Shown here one piece after another: positions 23,790 to 36,300 of a stretch of DNA of 64,000 bases (positions within the stretch are counted from its first letter, which is position 1; each line of letters starts with the position of its first letter). A program made the position numbers and the translations under genes. The notes under the pieces are model-generated. The model was not told the DNA's origin, ran no database searches, and saw only the letters and a program-made list of their open reading frames with translations. This DNA is from Heterodontus francisci (lineage: Eukaryota). The stretch is from contig NC_090378.1 in the NCBI RefSeq assembly GCF_036365525.1, positions 119,521,593 to 119,585,592 on the forward strand, read 5' to 3'.

Positions 23790-26700
23790 CTTTGACAAAA
23801 CACGGAGCAGTAGAGTGATGGAGCGGGAGACAGCGAGACCTGGTGATCAGCTCTAAGTGTTTCTAGATAATAGTCTAGAAAGTAAAACATGGCAGGGAAC
23901 CTCAGCCCTGTGGAATACACATCCTGTGTCATGTGGGAAATCCTGGACACTTCTCATGACCTGGATGACCACATGTACAGGAAGTGTCACCGGTTACAGC
24001 AGCTCGAGCTCTGGGTTTCGGAGTTTGAGCACTGACTGGAGTCACTATGCAGCATCCACGAGGCTGAGAGCTTTCTGGAGGTGGTCACCCTACAGTTTAA
24101 AAATGTGCTGGCAGAGGGGGAATGGGTGAGGGCCAGAAGAACAAGGAGGACCAGGCATGCAGGACAGTGATCCCATGAGTGCATCTCACTCTCCAACTGG
24201 TATTCAGTTCTGAATACTGGTCAGAGTGATGGTTCCACTGGGGAGTGCAGGCAGAGCCAAGTCCACAGCACCATGGGTGACTCAGCTGTACAGGGAGGGA
24301 GGAAGAAGAGTGGAAGAGCAATAGTGGGAGGGGATTCGATAGTGAGGAGAATAGACAGGCACTTCTGTGACTGCAGAGGTGTCTCCATGATGGTATGTTG
24401 CCTCCCTGGTGCCAGGGACAAGGATATCACTGAGCGGCTGCAGGACATTCTGACGGGGGAGAGTGAACAGCCAGAGGTCGTGGTCCATATTGGCACCAAT
24501 GACAGAGGCAGAAGGAGGGATGAGGTTCTGAAGCAGAATTTAGGCAGCTTGGAGGGAGATTGAAAAGCAGAACCTCAAAAGTATTAATCTCCAGATTACT
24601 CCCAGTGCCACGTATTAGTGATTACAGAAATAGGAAGATAGAACTGATGAATACATAGAGCTGGAGAGATTATGCAGGAGGGAGGGCTTTAGATTCCTGA
24701 GGCTTTGGGACTGCTTCTGGAGGAGCTGGACCCTGTACAAGACGGACTGTTTGCAAATCAACAGGGCCGGGACCAATATCATCGCAGTGAGTTTTACTCG
24801 TGCTGTTGGGGAGAGTTTAAACTAGCTGAGCACAGGGATGGGAACCTGAGAGTAGATTCAGAAGAGAGAGAAGAAAAGTTCGAAATGGAAGGCAGTAAAT
24901 TAGTCAGCGTCTTTGGAAGGCAGAGAAAACGAAGGTTAGAAAATAAACAAGGGAGTTTGACAGAGCTAAATAATATATCCTTCAATACAAGTTGAGGAAA
25001 TAAGGCATATGAGCTGACAGCACAGATTGACACATGGCAGTATGATATTTTAGCTATTACTGAGACATGGCTGAAAGAAGGGCAGGAATGGCAGCTCAAC
25101 ATTCCTAATTACAGGGTTTTCAGACGAGACAGAGATGGGGATATCTCAGGAGGGGGTGAGTTGCAATATTGATTAAAGAAACAATTATAGCTGTGAGGAG
25201 AGAAGATATGGTAGAAGGATAAACAAATGTTGCCATATGGGTTGAACTGAAGAACAAAACAGGGGCAATCACACTACTGGGAGTGTGCTATAGACCCTGA
25301 AACTGTTAGAAGGAGAGAGAAGAGCAAATATGTGGACAAATTTCAGAACTGCAAAAACAATTAAACAGTGGGGGATTTCAACTGCCCCAATATTAACTGG
25401 GGTAGAGTTTATGTGAAAGACTCAGTGGTCACAGAATTCTTCAAATGCATTGAGGAGAACATTGTTATCCAGTATGTATCAAGTCCAAAAAGAGGGATTG
25501 TGAGACTGGACAAAATTTTAGGGAATGAAGCTGGGCAGGTGGAAGGGGGATCGGACGGGGCGCACTTTGATGGAAGTGATCATAATTCAGTTTGATTTAG
25601 AATAGTTATGGAAAAGGACAAAGACAGACCAGGAATAAAAGTTCTCAACTGGGGAAAGCTAATTTTACTAAGCTGAAATGTGATTTAGCTATATGGGATT
25701 GGAAACAGTTACTTGAAAGTAAATCAGTGCTGGATCAGTGGGAGGCATTCAAGGAAGAGATAGTGAGGGTTCAGAGCAAGTTTAGTTTAGAGAGAGATAC
25801 AGCACTGAAACAGGCCCTTCGGCCCACCAAGTCTGTGCCGACCATCAACCACCCATTTATACTAATCCTACACTAATCCCATATTCCTACCACATCCCCA
25901 CCTGTCCCTATATATTTCCCTACCACCTACCTATACTAGGGGCAATTTATAATGGCCAATTAACCTATCAACCTGCAAGTCTTTGGCATGTGGGAGGAAA
26001 CCGGAGCACCCGGAGGAAACCCACGCTGACACAGGGAGAACTTGCAAACTCCGCACAGGCAGTACCCAGAATCGAACCCAGGTCCCTGGAGCTGTGAGGC
26101 TGCGGTGCTAACCACTGCGCCACTGTGCCGCCCTTAAAGAAATATGTTCCCTTAAAGAAAAAGGGTGGGACTAACAAATCCAGAGTCTTGTGGATGTCAA
26201 GGGGCTGAAAGGAGAGGATAAAGTAAAACAGGAAGATTAATGACAGATACCAAGGCAGAAAATCGAGAGGAGTATAAAAAGTGTAGGGGTGAAATTAAAA
26301 AGGAAATTAGGAAAGCAAAGAGAGGGCATGAAAAAAATTGGCAAGTCAAATAAAATCAAGAAAACTAAAGGTTGTTTTATAAATACAGAAAGGCAGGATT
26401 ATAATGAAAGAAAGAGTAGAGCCTATTTGGGTCCACCAGGGTAACCTGTGGATGAAGGAGGAGGATTCGCATTTATTTTCACTAAAGAGAGGGATGATAC
26501 AGAAATTGCAATCAGGGAGGAGGAGTGTGCAATGTTAGATAAAACTAATATAATGAGATGAGATATTAAGGGATTTAACATGTTTGAAAGTGGTTAAATC
26601 ACCAAGCCCAGATGAAATGCATCCTAGGCTGTTAAATGAAGCAAGAGAAGAAACAGCAGAGGCTCTGACCATCATTTTCCAATATTCTCTGTCTACAGGT

Positions 26701-27225
26701 GTGGTGCCAGAGGACTGGAGGACAGTTCACATTGTACCATTGTTTAAAACGGGAGAAAGGAATAGACCGAGTAATTATAGGCCAGTCAGCCTACCTCCGG
26801 TGGTGGGAAAAATATTGGAAAAAGCTCTGAGGGACAGGATAAATCTTCATTTAGTCATACATGGATTAGTCAAAGATATTCAGCATGGATTTGTTAAGGG
26901 AAGGTTGTGTCTGACTAACGTGATTGAATTTTTTGAAGAGGAAACAAGGAGGGTCGATGAGGGTAGTGCATTTGATGTAGTCTATATGGATTATACCTAG
27001 GTTTATGATAAAGTCCCAGATGACAGACTGGTCATGAAAGAAAAAGCCCAGGGGACCAAGGCAAAGTGACAAGATGGATTCAAAATTGGCTCAGAGGCAG
27101 GAAACAAAGGATAATGGTTGATGGGTGTTTTTGTGACTGGAAGACTGTTTCCAAATGGGTTCTGCAGGGTTCAGTACCAGGTCCCTTGCTTTTTGCAGGA
27201 TATATCAATGATTTGGACTTCAATG
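23790..27225 (+). mobile_element. CR1 LINE with esterase ORF1, endonuclease and partial RT (decayed, 3' part missing)
   Basis: ORF1 GDSIVRRIDR...CLPGA...VVHIGTND (SGNH esterase); EN GDFNCPNINW and SDHNSV; RT KSPSPDEMHP...NYRPVSL...QHGFVKGR. Confidence 0.9.
25780..26133 (-). mobile_element. tRNA-derived V-SINE (HE1-like) inserted in CR1
   Basis: Minus strand A box TGGCGCAGTGG and B box GGTTCGATTCT; V-domain GGGTTTCCTCCGGGTGCTCCGGTTTCCTCCCAC; CR1-type tail ending in CTAAA repeats. Confidence 0.85.
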
Positions 27226-27663
27226 TAAAGGCCTGTGACCCGACCGGGACCCGACGACATGTGTTGGGTTCAGGTCGGGTTGGGCCCCTCTTCCAGGTCC
27301 GGCTTTCGGGCTCAGGTCGGGCCGGGTTCGGGTCCGTGTCCGGGTCAGGCCGGACACAGATGGTTATTGCTCTGCTGGTCAGTATTAAAATTAAATAAAA
27401 CGTACCTGAGCTGGGAGTGCGGGACGTCAAGCAGGGAAACTGAGTGTGTGCAGTTAGTGAGTGACGTCTCCATGATGCCATCACACACATGCTGCAGCTT
27501 CCTGGACGTTCCGAGTCGGAAGGTAAGTAAAGGGATAGTCGAGTCGGGCTCGGGTCGGGCTTGGGGCAAAATCGGAGGGACTGGGGCCGGGTCGGGCTCG
27601 GGTCCACTGTGGTTCCGTCTGGTTTGGGTTGGGTTCTTTTTCCCTAACCTGAGCAGGTCTTTA
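27226..27663. mobile_element. hAT-type MITE
   Basis: TIRs TAAAGGCCTG / CAGGTCTTTA; 8-bp TSD CTTCAATG / CTTCAATC; many subterminal CGGGT/TCGGG motifs. Confidence 0.8.
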
Positions 27664-27957
27664 CTTCAATCAGGCACAGAAATCAAATACCTGTACATTG
27701 AAACTTTACTGCCTTAATGCAGACAGTTCTATACAAAAGCATTGCCAGATTCCAAAATGCTGTTAACATAAAAATATACCTTATCTTCATGTGACCGGCT
27801 GACAAAATTTATGGCCTGACACTCCTGTGATGCATCTTGGACAATTTTATGATGTTGATAAAAGCGAGATAAATAAAGTTATTATTACTGTTACTACCTC
27901 TGACAGAACCTTTTTCAAATGTAATTCTTTGTGATCAAAATATAAATGGGATCTAAT

Positions 27958-28052
27958 GAAAGATCACAGACATGAAACACTAACTCAGTTTCTCTCTCCA
28001 GAGATGCTGCCAGACTTCCTGAGTATTTTCAGCATTTTCTGTTTTTATTTCA
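27958..28052 (+). mobile_element. Short Penelope-associated terminal repeat fragment
   Basis: Matches the reverse complement of 41960-42050 and 40935-41025 (CTCTCTCCA.AGATGCTGCC.GAC). Confidence 0.6.
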
Positions 28053-28216
28053 ATAAGTTGCATTACAGGCCCAGGATGGAATCGAGCAGGTGATTCTAAT
28101 AAATTGCAAAAACTATTCATTATATCGGGCCATTGTTGAGTGACCAACTACCAAGTGCTACCTGAATCAGCAGTAAACTCTTTCTGTACAGCGTAGCAAC
28201 TTTAGTATTCTTTCAG

Positions 28217-28350
28217 TGTTTTTGCTGATGAATCCCTTTCCCTCATGTCGGCTATTTCACGGGACAGATGTCACAGACAGCACTCCAAGCAAGAGCAGTG
28301 ACCAGCCGAAATCCCCTCAGAGCGGGAGCTCGGGGGAGAACATGGACTTG
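28217..28350 (+). CDS. Orphan gene candidate, exon A
   Basis: Acceptor TATTCTTTCAG| or ATG at 28228; MNPFPSCRLFHGTDVTDSTPSKSSDQPKSPQSGSSGENMDL; donor TTG|GTCAGT, phase 0. Confidence 0.45.
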
Positions 28351-29758
28351 GTCAGTGATTTGATTTATGTGAAATACAAGCTTGGCTTGTTTTGTGTAAT
28401 ATTTTATATCCTTTAAATATGTTCGAAGGAAGCTTTGCGTGTTAAAACATATTGTCACACTAATAACCAAAATCTTTAATTTTAATTCTTTAAAGATCAT
28501 TAATGACTTCATGGTTGACCATAAAGTTAGCACCTGGGCTGTGACTGTAGCAGCTTAAAGTGCATAGTCCATCAAAAACGGTATTTTGGGATCAAATCTA
28601 GTAAACTGCTGCCCAAATCGCAACAACGTAATACACCTCCCTGCATGCACACCAGATTCCCTCTTGAATGCAGGCTTTGTTTTTTCTATAGTTGACCTTT
28701 AGTTGCTATTTAGCATCTTCTCTACAGAAGGGTGGTGTTTCCTGGAAGTTTATCAGTAAGCTGGTATCATTGGTTTTAGTAGAAAGTGTCTCTCACCTGT
28801 TCCCTGGAAATTTCAGCAATTCAGTCTTTTAGCAGTTCAGTTAACCATTATTATATCTGTTCTGCATCTTTAGGGTCCTATTTCTGCTTTAAAATACCCT
28901 CCCTATTTATGGATTCTCCTCTTTTGGTCCTTATACACCCCCTCTTCAGTGCCTTTATTGCTTCTTCATTACCAATATTCTGCACTCACCTGGTAAGAGC
29001 TGCATTAGAATGAACTGAGTGATTTGACTCCTAATTTCCTTACTTCTAACTCTCTCTATTTCTAGTTCTTGCTGTCTCTTTCTGTCTCTCGAGCTCTTGC
29101 CTGCATGTGCGCTGGCTGGCTTTCTCATTCAGGCAAGCTCACCAATACTTTTTTGCACTCATGCTCTTTCTTGACTTGTTCAAGCCCAGCAGCACCACAG
29201 GATATGTTTTAACTTCATCCTATATAGGTGGATGCTGCAAAGTTACAATGAGTAACTGGGTGAGGCAGGCAAGTAAATATCTGCATAGATATAGGAGTGT
29301 TCAAATACTGAGTGTTCAACTGAAAAGCAAAGGGATTATTTGATAACTTAGAGTTAAAACAGTAGCATAAGTATTCAAATGTAATGGCCGTGATGAATTT
29401 GTGCATGCCATGTGCTAACAATCTAACTGGGTAATTTACAAACGTGCTAAATGATGAACTGTCAATGTTGGCTTATCAACCAGTGGATGTGAGATGGCGG
29501 CATCATTCTTCGGAGCAGACTTTGGCTGAGCGAGGGAGGAAAACCAATGGAAAGATTTCACAGTTTAACTATCATGGAATCATGCATTACTTCCCCTTCT
29601 CAAGACCAAGCTGTTGTATCCACAATGCCTCCATTTTTTTTGCGGGGTGGGGTGTGGTAAGTGCCAGGGAGTTTCATGGCACAATAGATGTAACTGGGAA
29701 GAGGGAACTTTCTGAGATATAATCATTGACACACTTTATCAAAAATAAATTTCTGCAG

Positions 29759-30082
29759 TCATCTGAAGTATCGTCTCATTCACCCATTCGCCCTGTGGAC
29801 ACTGTCTCCTCGGGAGTATCATCCTCGCTGAGTAGTGTGTCGTCATCATCATCATCATCGTCCCACACTCCCAAGGTTCCCAGGCGTTCCATCTTCGCAG
29901 CCGTCTGCAGTTGGATTCAGAAGTGTTCTGTCAGAACAACTTCCGGCAATTGGGCTCTCAAGTGTTCGGCCTCAGTGACTGCCTGCATTTCAAAAGTGGC
30001 ATTTCCTGGGTGCAGGCAGAAGAATGGCCACGATAACATCGGAATCAGGCAAGAGGATGACGATCTGTACCAAAGCACTTTG
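29759..30082 (+). CDS. Orphan gene candidate, exon B (Ser-rich, 108 codons)
   Basis: Acceptor TTTCTGCAG|, donor TTG|GTAAGT, phase 0/0, fully open: SSEVSSHSP...QEDDDLYQSTL. Confidence 0.6.
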
Positions 30083-31009
30083 GTAAGTACATGGATTGTT
30101 TCTATTAGTCATGTTCATGCTGCTCAATGGCTGTTGCTTCGGTCAATATATTCACAGACATTTAAAAAAAGTTCCTCTTGTATTTAAGAAAAAAATTACC
30201 TCAGACCATTTGTTGCCATCTAGTCATATTGAAGATGGCGGTGTGGCTGCTATTAGTGCTAATTCGCAATGTCTAATTTCCACATTGTTGATATCTTTTC
30301 TGTCTCTTGAGTATTTTGGCCATCATTTCAACTTTCTTTTGGAATGTTGCAATACTGTTTGAGTTTTGCTGACATTACTCATTAAATGTACAGGCCACAC
30401 CAAGGTGTGGCACACTCATACCCTTATTCAGGGAATGAGCTGAAATCTATTAATTTCTGATTTCTCCCCATCCTTGTACCTGATTGCAACAATGTCCCAA
30501 GCAGGTACAGATTGAACGCTGGGTTCTACAATTAGTGTGTAGCTAACCACAGGCACCTCCTGTTAGTTAATTGAGTAATAATAGCAGAGTCCTTGAACAG
30601 TTTTTCTTCCTTGGCCTTGGCTCACGTGAAGTTTCAAAGATGGGAAGAGAGCAAATGAAAAATAGGAGTGGAGAAAGGTACAGTCCAAAATAGAATTGTC
30701 ACCATGTGACTGATTCAAAAATGACTATTCAAATCTAAACAATATTGGTCACATGGGTAACACGCAGGCCATATAACTTAATGACCCACTCGTATATTTT
30801 ATGTTGGGAAAAATTATTTCAAGCCTCTTTGATTGAAAACATGGAATCAGTCCATTGCAAGATATGAAATGGGAATTTTTAATACAGCAGAGTGGGTGTA
30901 TAAAGGCAACGAATGGTCAGAATTTTCATCTTATTACTGATCTAATCAGCCTTTACAGCCTGTATCAAATCTTCACATCACCTTCTCTGCTGAAAGGAGA
31001 ACAACCACA

Positions 31010-31280
31010 GCTTTGAATTAGAATTTCAGGTGAGAAAGGAGGAATGAGAGGAGAGGGAGAGAGAGAGTGCTTTCCAGAGGGAAAAGTTTGAGAAGGAATT
31101 ACAAGCACAAAAAGACAGTGAAATCAGACAGATAGAATTGGTGAGGGAAAAATTGTCTTTACGTAGTGGAGAAGCCGCTGGTAATTCAAATGATCCTAGT
31201 CCAGAGACAAGCTGTGATTTCTTACGCTATTCCTGGTTAGTATCCAAATTTGAAGATGATGATATTGAAGCCTTGTCTCA
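31010..31280 (+). mobile_element. Gmr1-like gag fragment
   Basis: Close match to 49850-50110 (AFQREKFEKELQAQKD...KFEDDDIEA). Confidence 0.7.
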
Positions 31281-31432
31281 CATACTTTGAGAAGAGGTTG
31301 CTGAGACAGAACACTTGCGAACCTTGCCTTTTAGAAAGGTTTTGCACTTTTTATAAAATATATTCATGAAATGTAATTAATTTTCTATTTCTTCATGTTA
31401 CTGACCAAGATAGGACACCTGTTATTTTGCAG

Positions 31433-31511
31433 AGAGCCTCATCCAATCAGACCCTGGAAACAGAACCTCCAGAGAATTCTCAGTTCACACAGACCATTTC
31501 ACAAGATCGAG
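31433..31511 (+). CDS. Orphan gene candidate, exon C
   Basis: Acceptor TTATTTTGCAG|, donor GAG|GTGAGG, phase 0/1: RASSNQTLETEPPENSQFTQTISQDR. Confidence 0.55.
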
Positions 31512-32219
31512 GTGAGGGGTGAAAATTGTCTCAATTTGATAAATCTATCCCAAAAGATACATAAACCTCTGCCAGCAGATTTATATTTTCTTCTGATTTC
31601 ACAAAAAGCTGGGAAAATCCAGATTCTTATAATTGAACTAACCCAACTGCACTCAGCAGGATCCAACTTGGAGTCATTTAGCTTCACATTACTCAGTAAC
31701 AAGCTATTTGTCAGCACCTAATGAAAGCATAAAGCCTCCTCCAGTTTAGTGGCTCATGTCAGCTAATCCCTCGAAAAGCTATATTGTGTCATAGGTAAAA
31801 ATCTGGAGTTGATTGTGGATTTAACTAAAAATAATTCAGAATTTATCAGCATTATTCTGGTTTCTTCATTGTAATTCAAATTGATTATTCAACAATGCAT
31901 TAAACATTTTATTTTACTGAAATCAAGAACCATCTTTTTTCAGTTGGCTGCAGAGCACCTTGACGATGAAGCAGGAAAATTCAATGGGGTCCTCAGCACC
32001 TAATGTGCTAATCAGTGACACCCTCCCCACCACCTTTTCTGGTGAAAACCAGAAAAAAGTTGAAGACAGGATCAGCCTTCATGGCTGTGATTCTCTCATG
32101 ATTAAAAATCCTGTCAACTCCCACTGTCCAGATTCCACCAAGCAGAAGGCCTCATTAGGTGAGGATTCCCAGTGCCTGTGGAATGATATTCCAGTCAGAG
32201 TTTTAAAAAATTCTCTGAA

Positions 32220-32690
32220 TACAAGCATCACTGGTAAAGCTGTCATTTATTGTTCATCCCTCATTGCCCTGAGAAGGTGGTGGGACAGGCCCTATCATTG
32301 AGCCGCTGCTGTTTTTTTGATGATGGTGTTTCCCCATTTGTATTAGGTAGGGAATTCCAAGATTCAGACCCAACAATGAAGGAAGAATGACGTTTGTCAA
32401 TGTTTTGCAGTGGTAACTCAATAGCTGTTTAACTGTTGGACCAGAGTAAAAACCCAATTGTTCATTCATGTTCTTTAAGAAAGGAAACCTGATATCCTTA
32501 CCTGGCCTGGCCCATGCATGGTTGACCCTTAACTGCCCTCTAAAGAGGCTTAGCAAGCCACCTAATTCTATCAAACTGTGACGAAAAAGGCAGCCAGTAC
32601 TGATCTTCTCGGGGGGGGGGGGGTAACTAAGGACAGGGAATAAATTCTGGTTGTGCCAGCAATACTCATATCCTGAGAATGGATTTTAAA
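32220..32690. mobile_element. Minus-strand LINE tail fragment (32220-32400) plus decayed plus-strand SINE (32420-32690), both related to the 11792-15049 LINE
   Basis: The SINE core matches the LINE 5' head and the SINE end matches the LINE 3' tail. Confidence 0.65.
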
Positions 32691-32912
32691 ATGTTTTTCT
32701 TTTCAGTTATTGGGCCTATGCAATAATGGTGTAAACCTTCAAACTTTTCACTTGTGGGTTTGTGATACATTCTGAATCCTTGCAACAAATTCTAATCCTA
32801 TTACTCTCAGCCATTCATAATTCTACATCTAGATTATAGTTGGATGCTTTATCCAATCAACACGATAAAAATGTATGTGTAAATACCAATGTACATTTCT
32901 CCTGCTTTTCAG

Positions 32913-33070
32913 AGTTGGTCCGTGCTTGGTACCCTGCGAACCTTGACCTTCTCCTGAGAATTCCAAACACAGACGAACTGGCTTGGCTGCAAACGCAATC
33001 GTGCTCGACACTACCCAGAGCACCCAAAGAGGGAACCTTGATGCATACACTAAGCAGGATTACACTGTGA
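32913..33070 (+). CDS. Orphan gene candidate, exon D (to stop)
   Basis: Acceptor TTTCTCCTGCTTTTCAG|, phase-1 entry, open for 52 codons: ELVRAWYPAN...LSRITL*. Possible donor CAG|GTGTGA at 33091. Confidence 0.5.
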
Positions 33071-33318
33071 GGAGACAAACGTTTTATGCAGGTGTGATCT
33101 ACCACTCAGTAGTGGGATAGCCCTTGAGATCTTTAGCAGACCTTTCCTGCCTTCTCTTATTTTTCCAGTTCTTCAATCTCTTCTGCAGGCACAGAATCAG
33201 ACTTATCTTCAACAAAGGACAACTGCAAGAAATTAGAAAAAAGTTTATGATTGCCATTATGTTCCAATTGTTTTGAATTCATGTTCAGCTTTATATTTTA
33301 CTGTTATTTTGTATACAT

Positions 33319-36300
33319 TGTTATGACTAAGTGAGAAAGGTGTCGAGGGCTCCTTTTCAACCTTCACCTGGACTACTGCAGCAGGATTTAATTTGAAACA
33401 CACTGTGTTTTGAGCTCCCTCTTGGTGAATCCTTGTTCACCGCTTTCCAATTATAAGACAAAGAAATGAACACAAACAGGCATTCTTAGGTTTAAAGAGA
33501 AGTGAAATTTATTAAAACTTAAATTTGAACTCTAATCCGGTTAACGCCTACGGATACACGCTGCGCCCCTCGCTAGCATGCATACGCGATATGCACATGC
33601 AAATAGAGACAGAAAAGAGCAGAAGAAAGATAAAGTGAAGAGGTCTGAGGCAATCTCTGAACAGTTTCTTGTTACTGTGCTTCAAACTCACTGTAGAGTC
33701 CTTTTGTAGGCAGTTCTTGCTGGAGGTAATTCTTGCTTTTCGTTGGGGCCCAGTATTCTTCTTAAACCTTGTTCCCTGTAGGAGACATTTCTCTCTTTTA
33801 GGGTTCCATTGTCTACAATGGATTCCAAAGCTGGGGAGAATGAGATGAGAGGAGACAAGATAGAGATGTTCCCAATCCAGGAGCCAGCAGCTTTCTGTCT
33901 TCAGATTCTCTGTGGCGAGTTCAAAACCTGCAACAGCCAGTTCGTCATATGACTAAACTGGTCTGATCATGTCTTCTGTGTACTGGGAGGAGGGACAGGT
34001 TCCTTTATTCCAACATTGTCTGCTAGTCTTTCCGGCTAGGGGCCTGGCAATTCCTTGTAATAGACCCTCTTTTCTTCCCAGCAACAATTTGAAGTTTAAT
34101 GTCCATGTGGCAAAATTTATGTGCCTCATTCTTGGCTGGTGGGGGCCTGCACAACACCTTCAGACCCTGGGGAATGAAATGCGATTTGAAAAAAAGATAT
34201 TTCATTAAAAGGTGCGAGAGAAAGAAAACCATGTATTTCGCTCATTCATTTCCATGCATTCATAAATCTTAAAGCTTAATAAAATTGTCTTTTCTGGGTG
34301 CTGCTTTAATTTCCCCTTTTTGGCATCCCAGCAACCAGGTGGTTCTTTGGGGAAGCTTTTCTTCAGTTTGCCCAATGCCCAATGACTTCAGGGGATGTTT
34401 GGTTCCCTTTTTCTCTGACTGTAAGGGAAAATTCTTTGTTAATCTGCCCTTTGTTCTCTGAGACACTCATACCTGTAGGTAGTTGTGCAGACTTGACCGT
34501 ATTCTCCTGTGGCACTTTGGCTAGGTGAGGCATCACCCTCATGGTTTCTGTGCCTCCCCTAGAGGTCTCTCTTTATCGCTGCAGGTTCCTGTAAATGATG
34601 TTAGCAATTCTGGTGGGGTGCTTCTAGAGTCTGCATTTACGTAGGAGGATGTGGGGTCCAACTTTTCACACTTTTCGGGGTTGGCTGACCAGACAGTAGG
34701 GATTTTCTTCAGGACTTTCTCTCGGGCTTCCTTTAACCTGCCCTCTTGGTCACTTTTTCCCCTACTTTTTCTGAACTTTTGCCAGCCTTGCACCTGCCTG
34801 TCCCTTTTTGTTCTTGGTCGAGGTCTCTTACAGTGCACCAGCCTTCAGATGGAGGGTCTGCCTAACACCAGTACAGGACATAGGGATGCATGTTTCATCG
34901 TAGGTCGGGGTTTCCCCTCAATCTGCCATATGTAGCAACTCCTCCAGTACTCCGCCATATCTTTGTGCAGTTTTGGCCAGTCAAACTGCTGTCTTATGCG
35001 GGCTTTGGTCTTTCGTATACTGACATGTACAGCCACTGTGGCCTCGTAGGCCCTTCTTAATATTTCCAACCGGTACCTCTGCGGAACCACTAATTGGTGA
35101 ACTAATGCCCTCTCCTTGCTCTCAGGTCTGTGAGGAGAACTCCATTTCCTCATCAGTACCTCATTCTTTAAATAGTAGCAATTAGGGACTCCCTCTGCTT
35201 CTCTTTCAGACCAGACAACCCATGCTAACTCTCGCAATACTGGGTCAGCTTGCTGAGCCACAGCTAGGGATAATCCATTTAATTCATTCCCTGGGTCTTC
35301 TAACTTTCCAAAGAATGTCTCGGACAGGCAGACCTCATGGTCATCTGCCTGCAGTGCAAATGCAGTAATTTCTGGGGGAGCTGGTTTGATCATGGCCCGA
35401 TCCACTACACATTCAGGGAAACTGCAGGAGACCATCTCCTGCCACTGCCCTGTCTTTCTGACCTCCTGTGGTCTTTCTTTCACTACTTGGTGGGGGGATT
35501 GGGGCTACCACCTTCACCCTCGCCAGATCATTACCACGGAACAGGTCAATCTTGTCCACAGAGAAACTAGGGACAATCCCTACGGTCACTGATCTCGAAA
35601 CAACGTTGCACTCCAGGTGCACCCGGTAATCAGGTACAGTTATACACTGCCCTCCAACACCATTCACAACCATTTTGGTATTCACTGCACTCCCTGGGGG
35701 AAAGGTCAGGCCTTTTCCCAGTAAAAGGGATCGAGTGGGTCCTGTGTCCCTGAGAATTACTCTGGGCTTGCTGGCCTCACTCGAGGGGTATGGGGTTAAT
35801 TTCCCTTCAAACACAAAACCCTGATAGCCTTCAGGAATCCTATCAGCTTTTCCAGCACTGGCTGTAGTAAGCTTCCTGGGTTGCATTCTTGCTGCAGTTA
35901 AAGCCACAGCTTGTTCTGTGTTTTGCACCAGGTCCCCGTCTTCACTGAGCAGGTGTGCCCTGATTAATCCTATCGATTTTCCCTTTAGTTTCCAGCAGTC
36001 AGCTTTTAAATACCCTGCTTTATTACAATGGAAGCACACAGGTCTCCGAGTCTCACTCTTGCTCACTGCACCTTCCTTTTTGTCTGGAGGAGGGCCCCCT
36101 GTGTCTCCTGCTTTCCTTTCTCTCCCAGGATTGCCTGGGTGGAGATCACCTTCCCACCCTTTGTCCTTTTCGGATTTGTGGGAGTGATTAGGAAAGGTTT
36201 TCCCCTGGGAAACCGACCGATAAATTAAAGCAAACACATCAGCCAGAATGGCCTCTTGCCAGCCATTCTGGACGCACTGCTCCACTATATGGGTCTTTAT

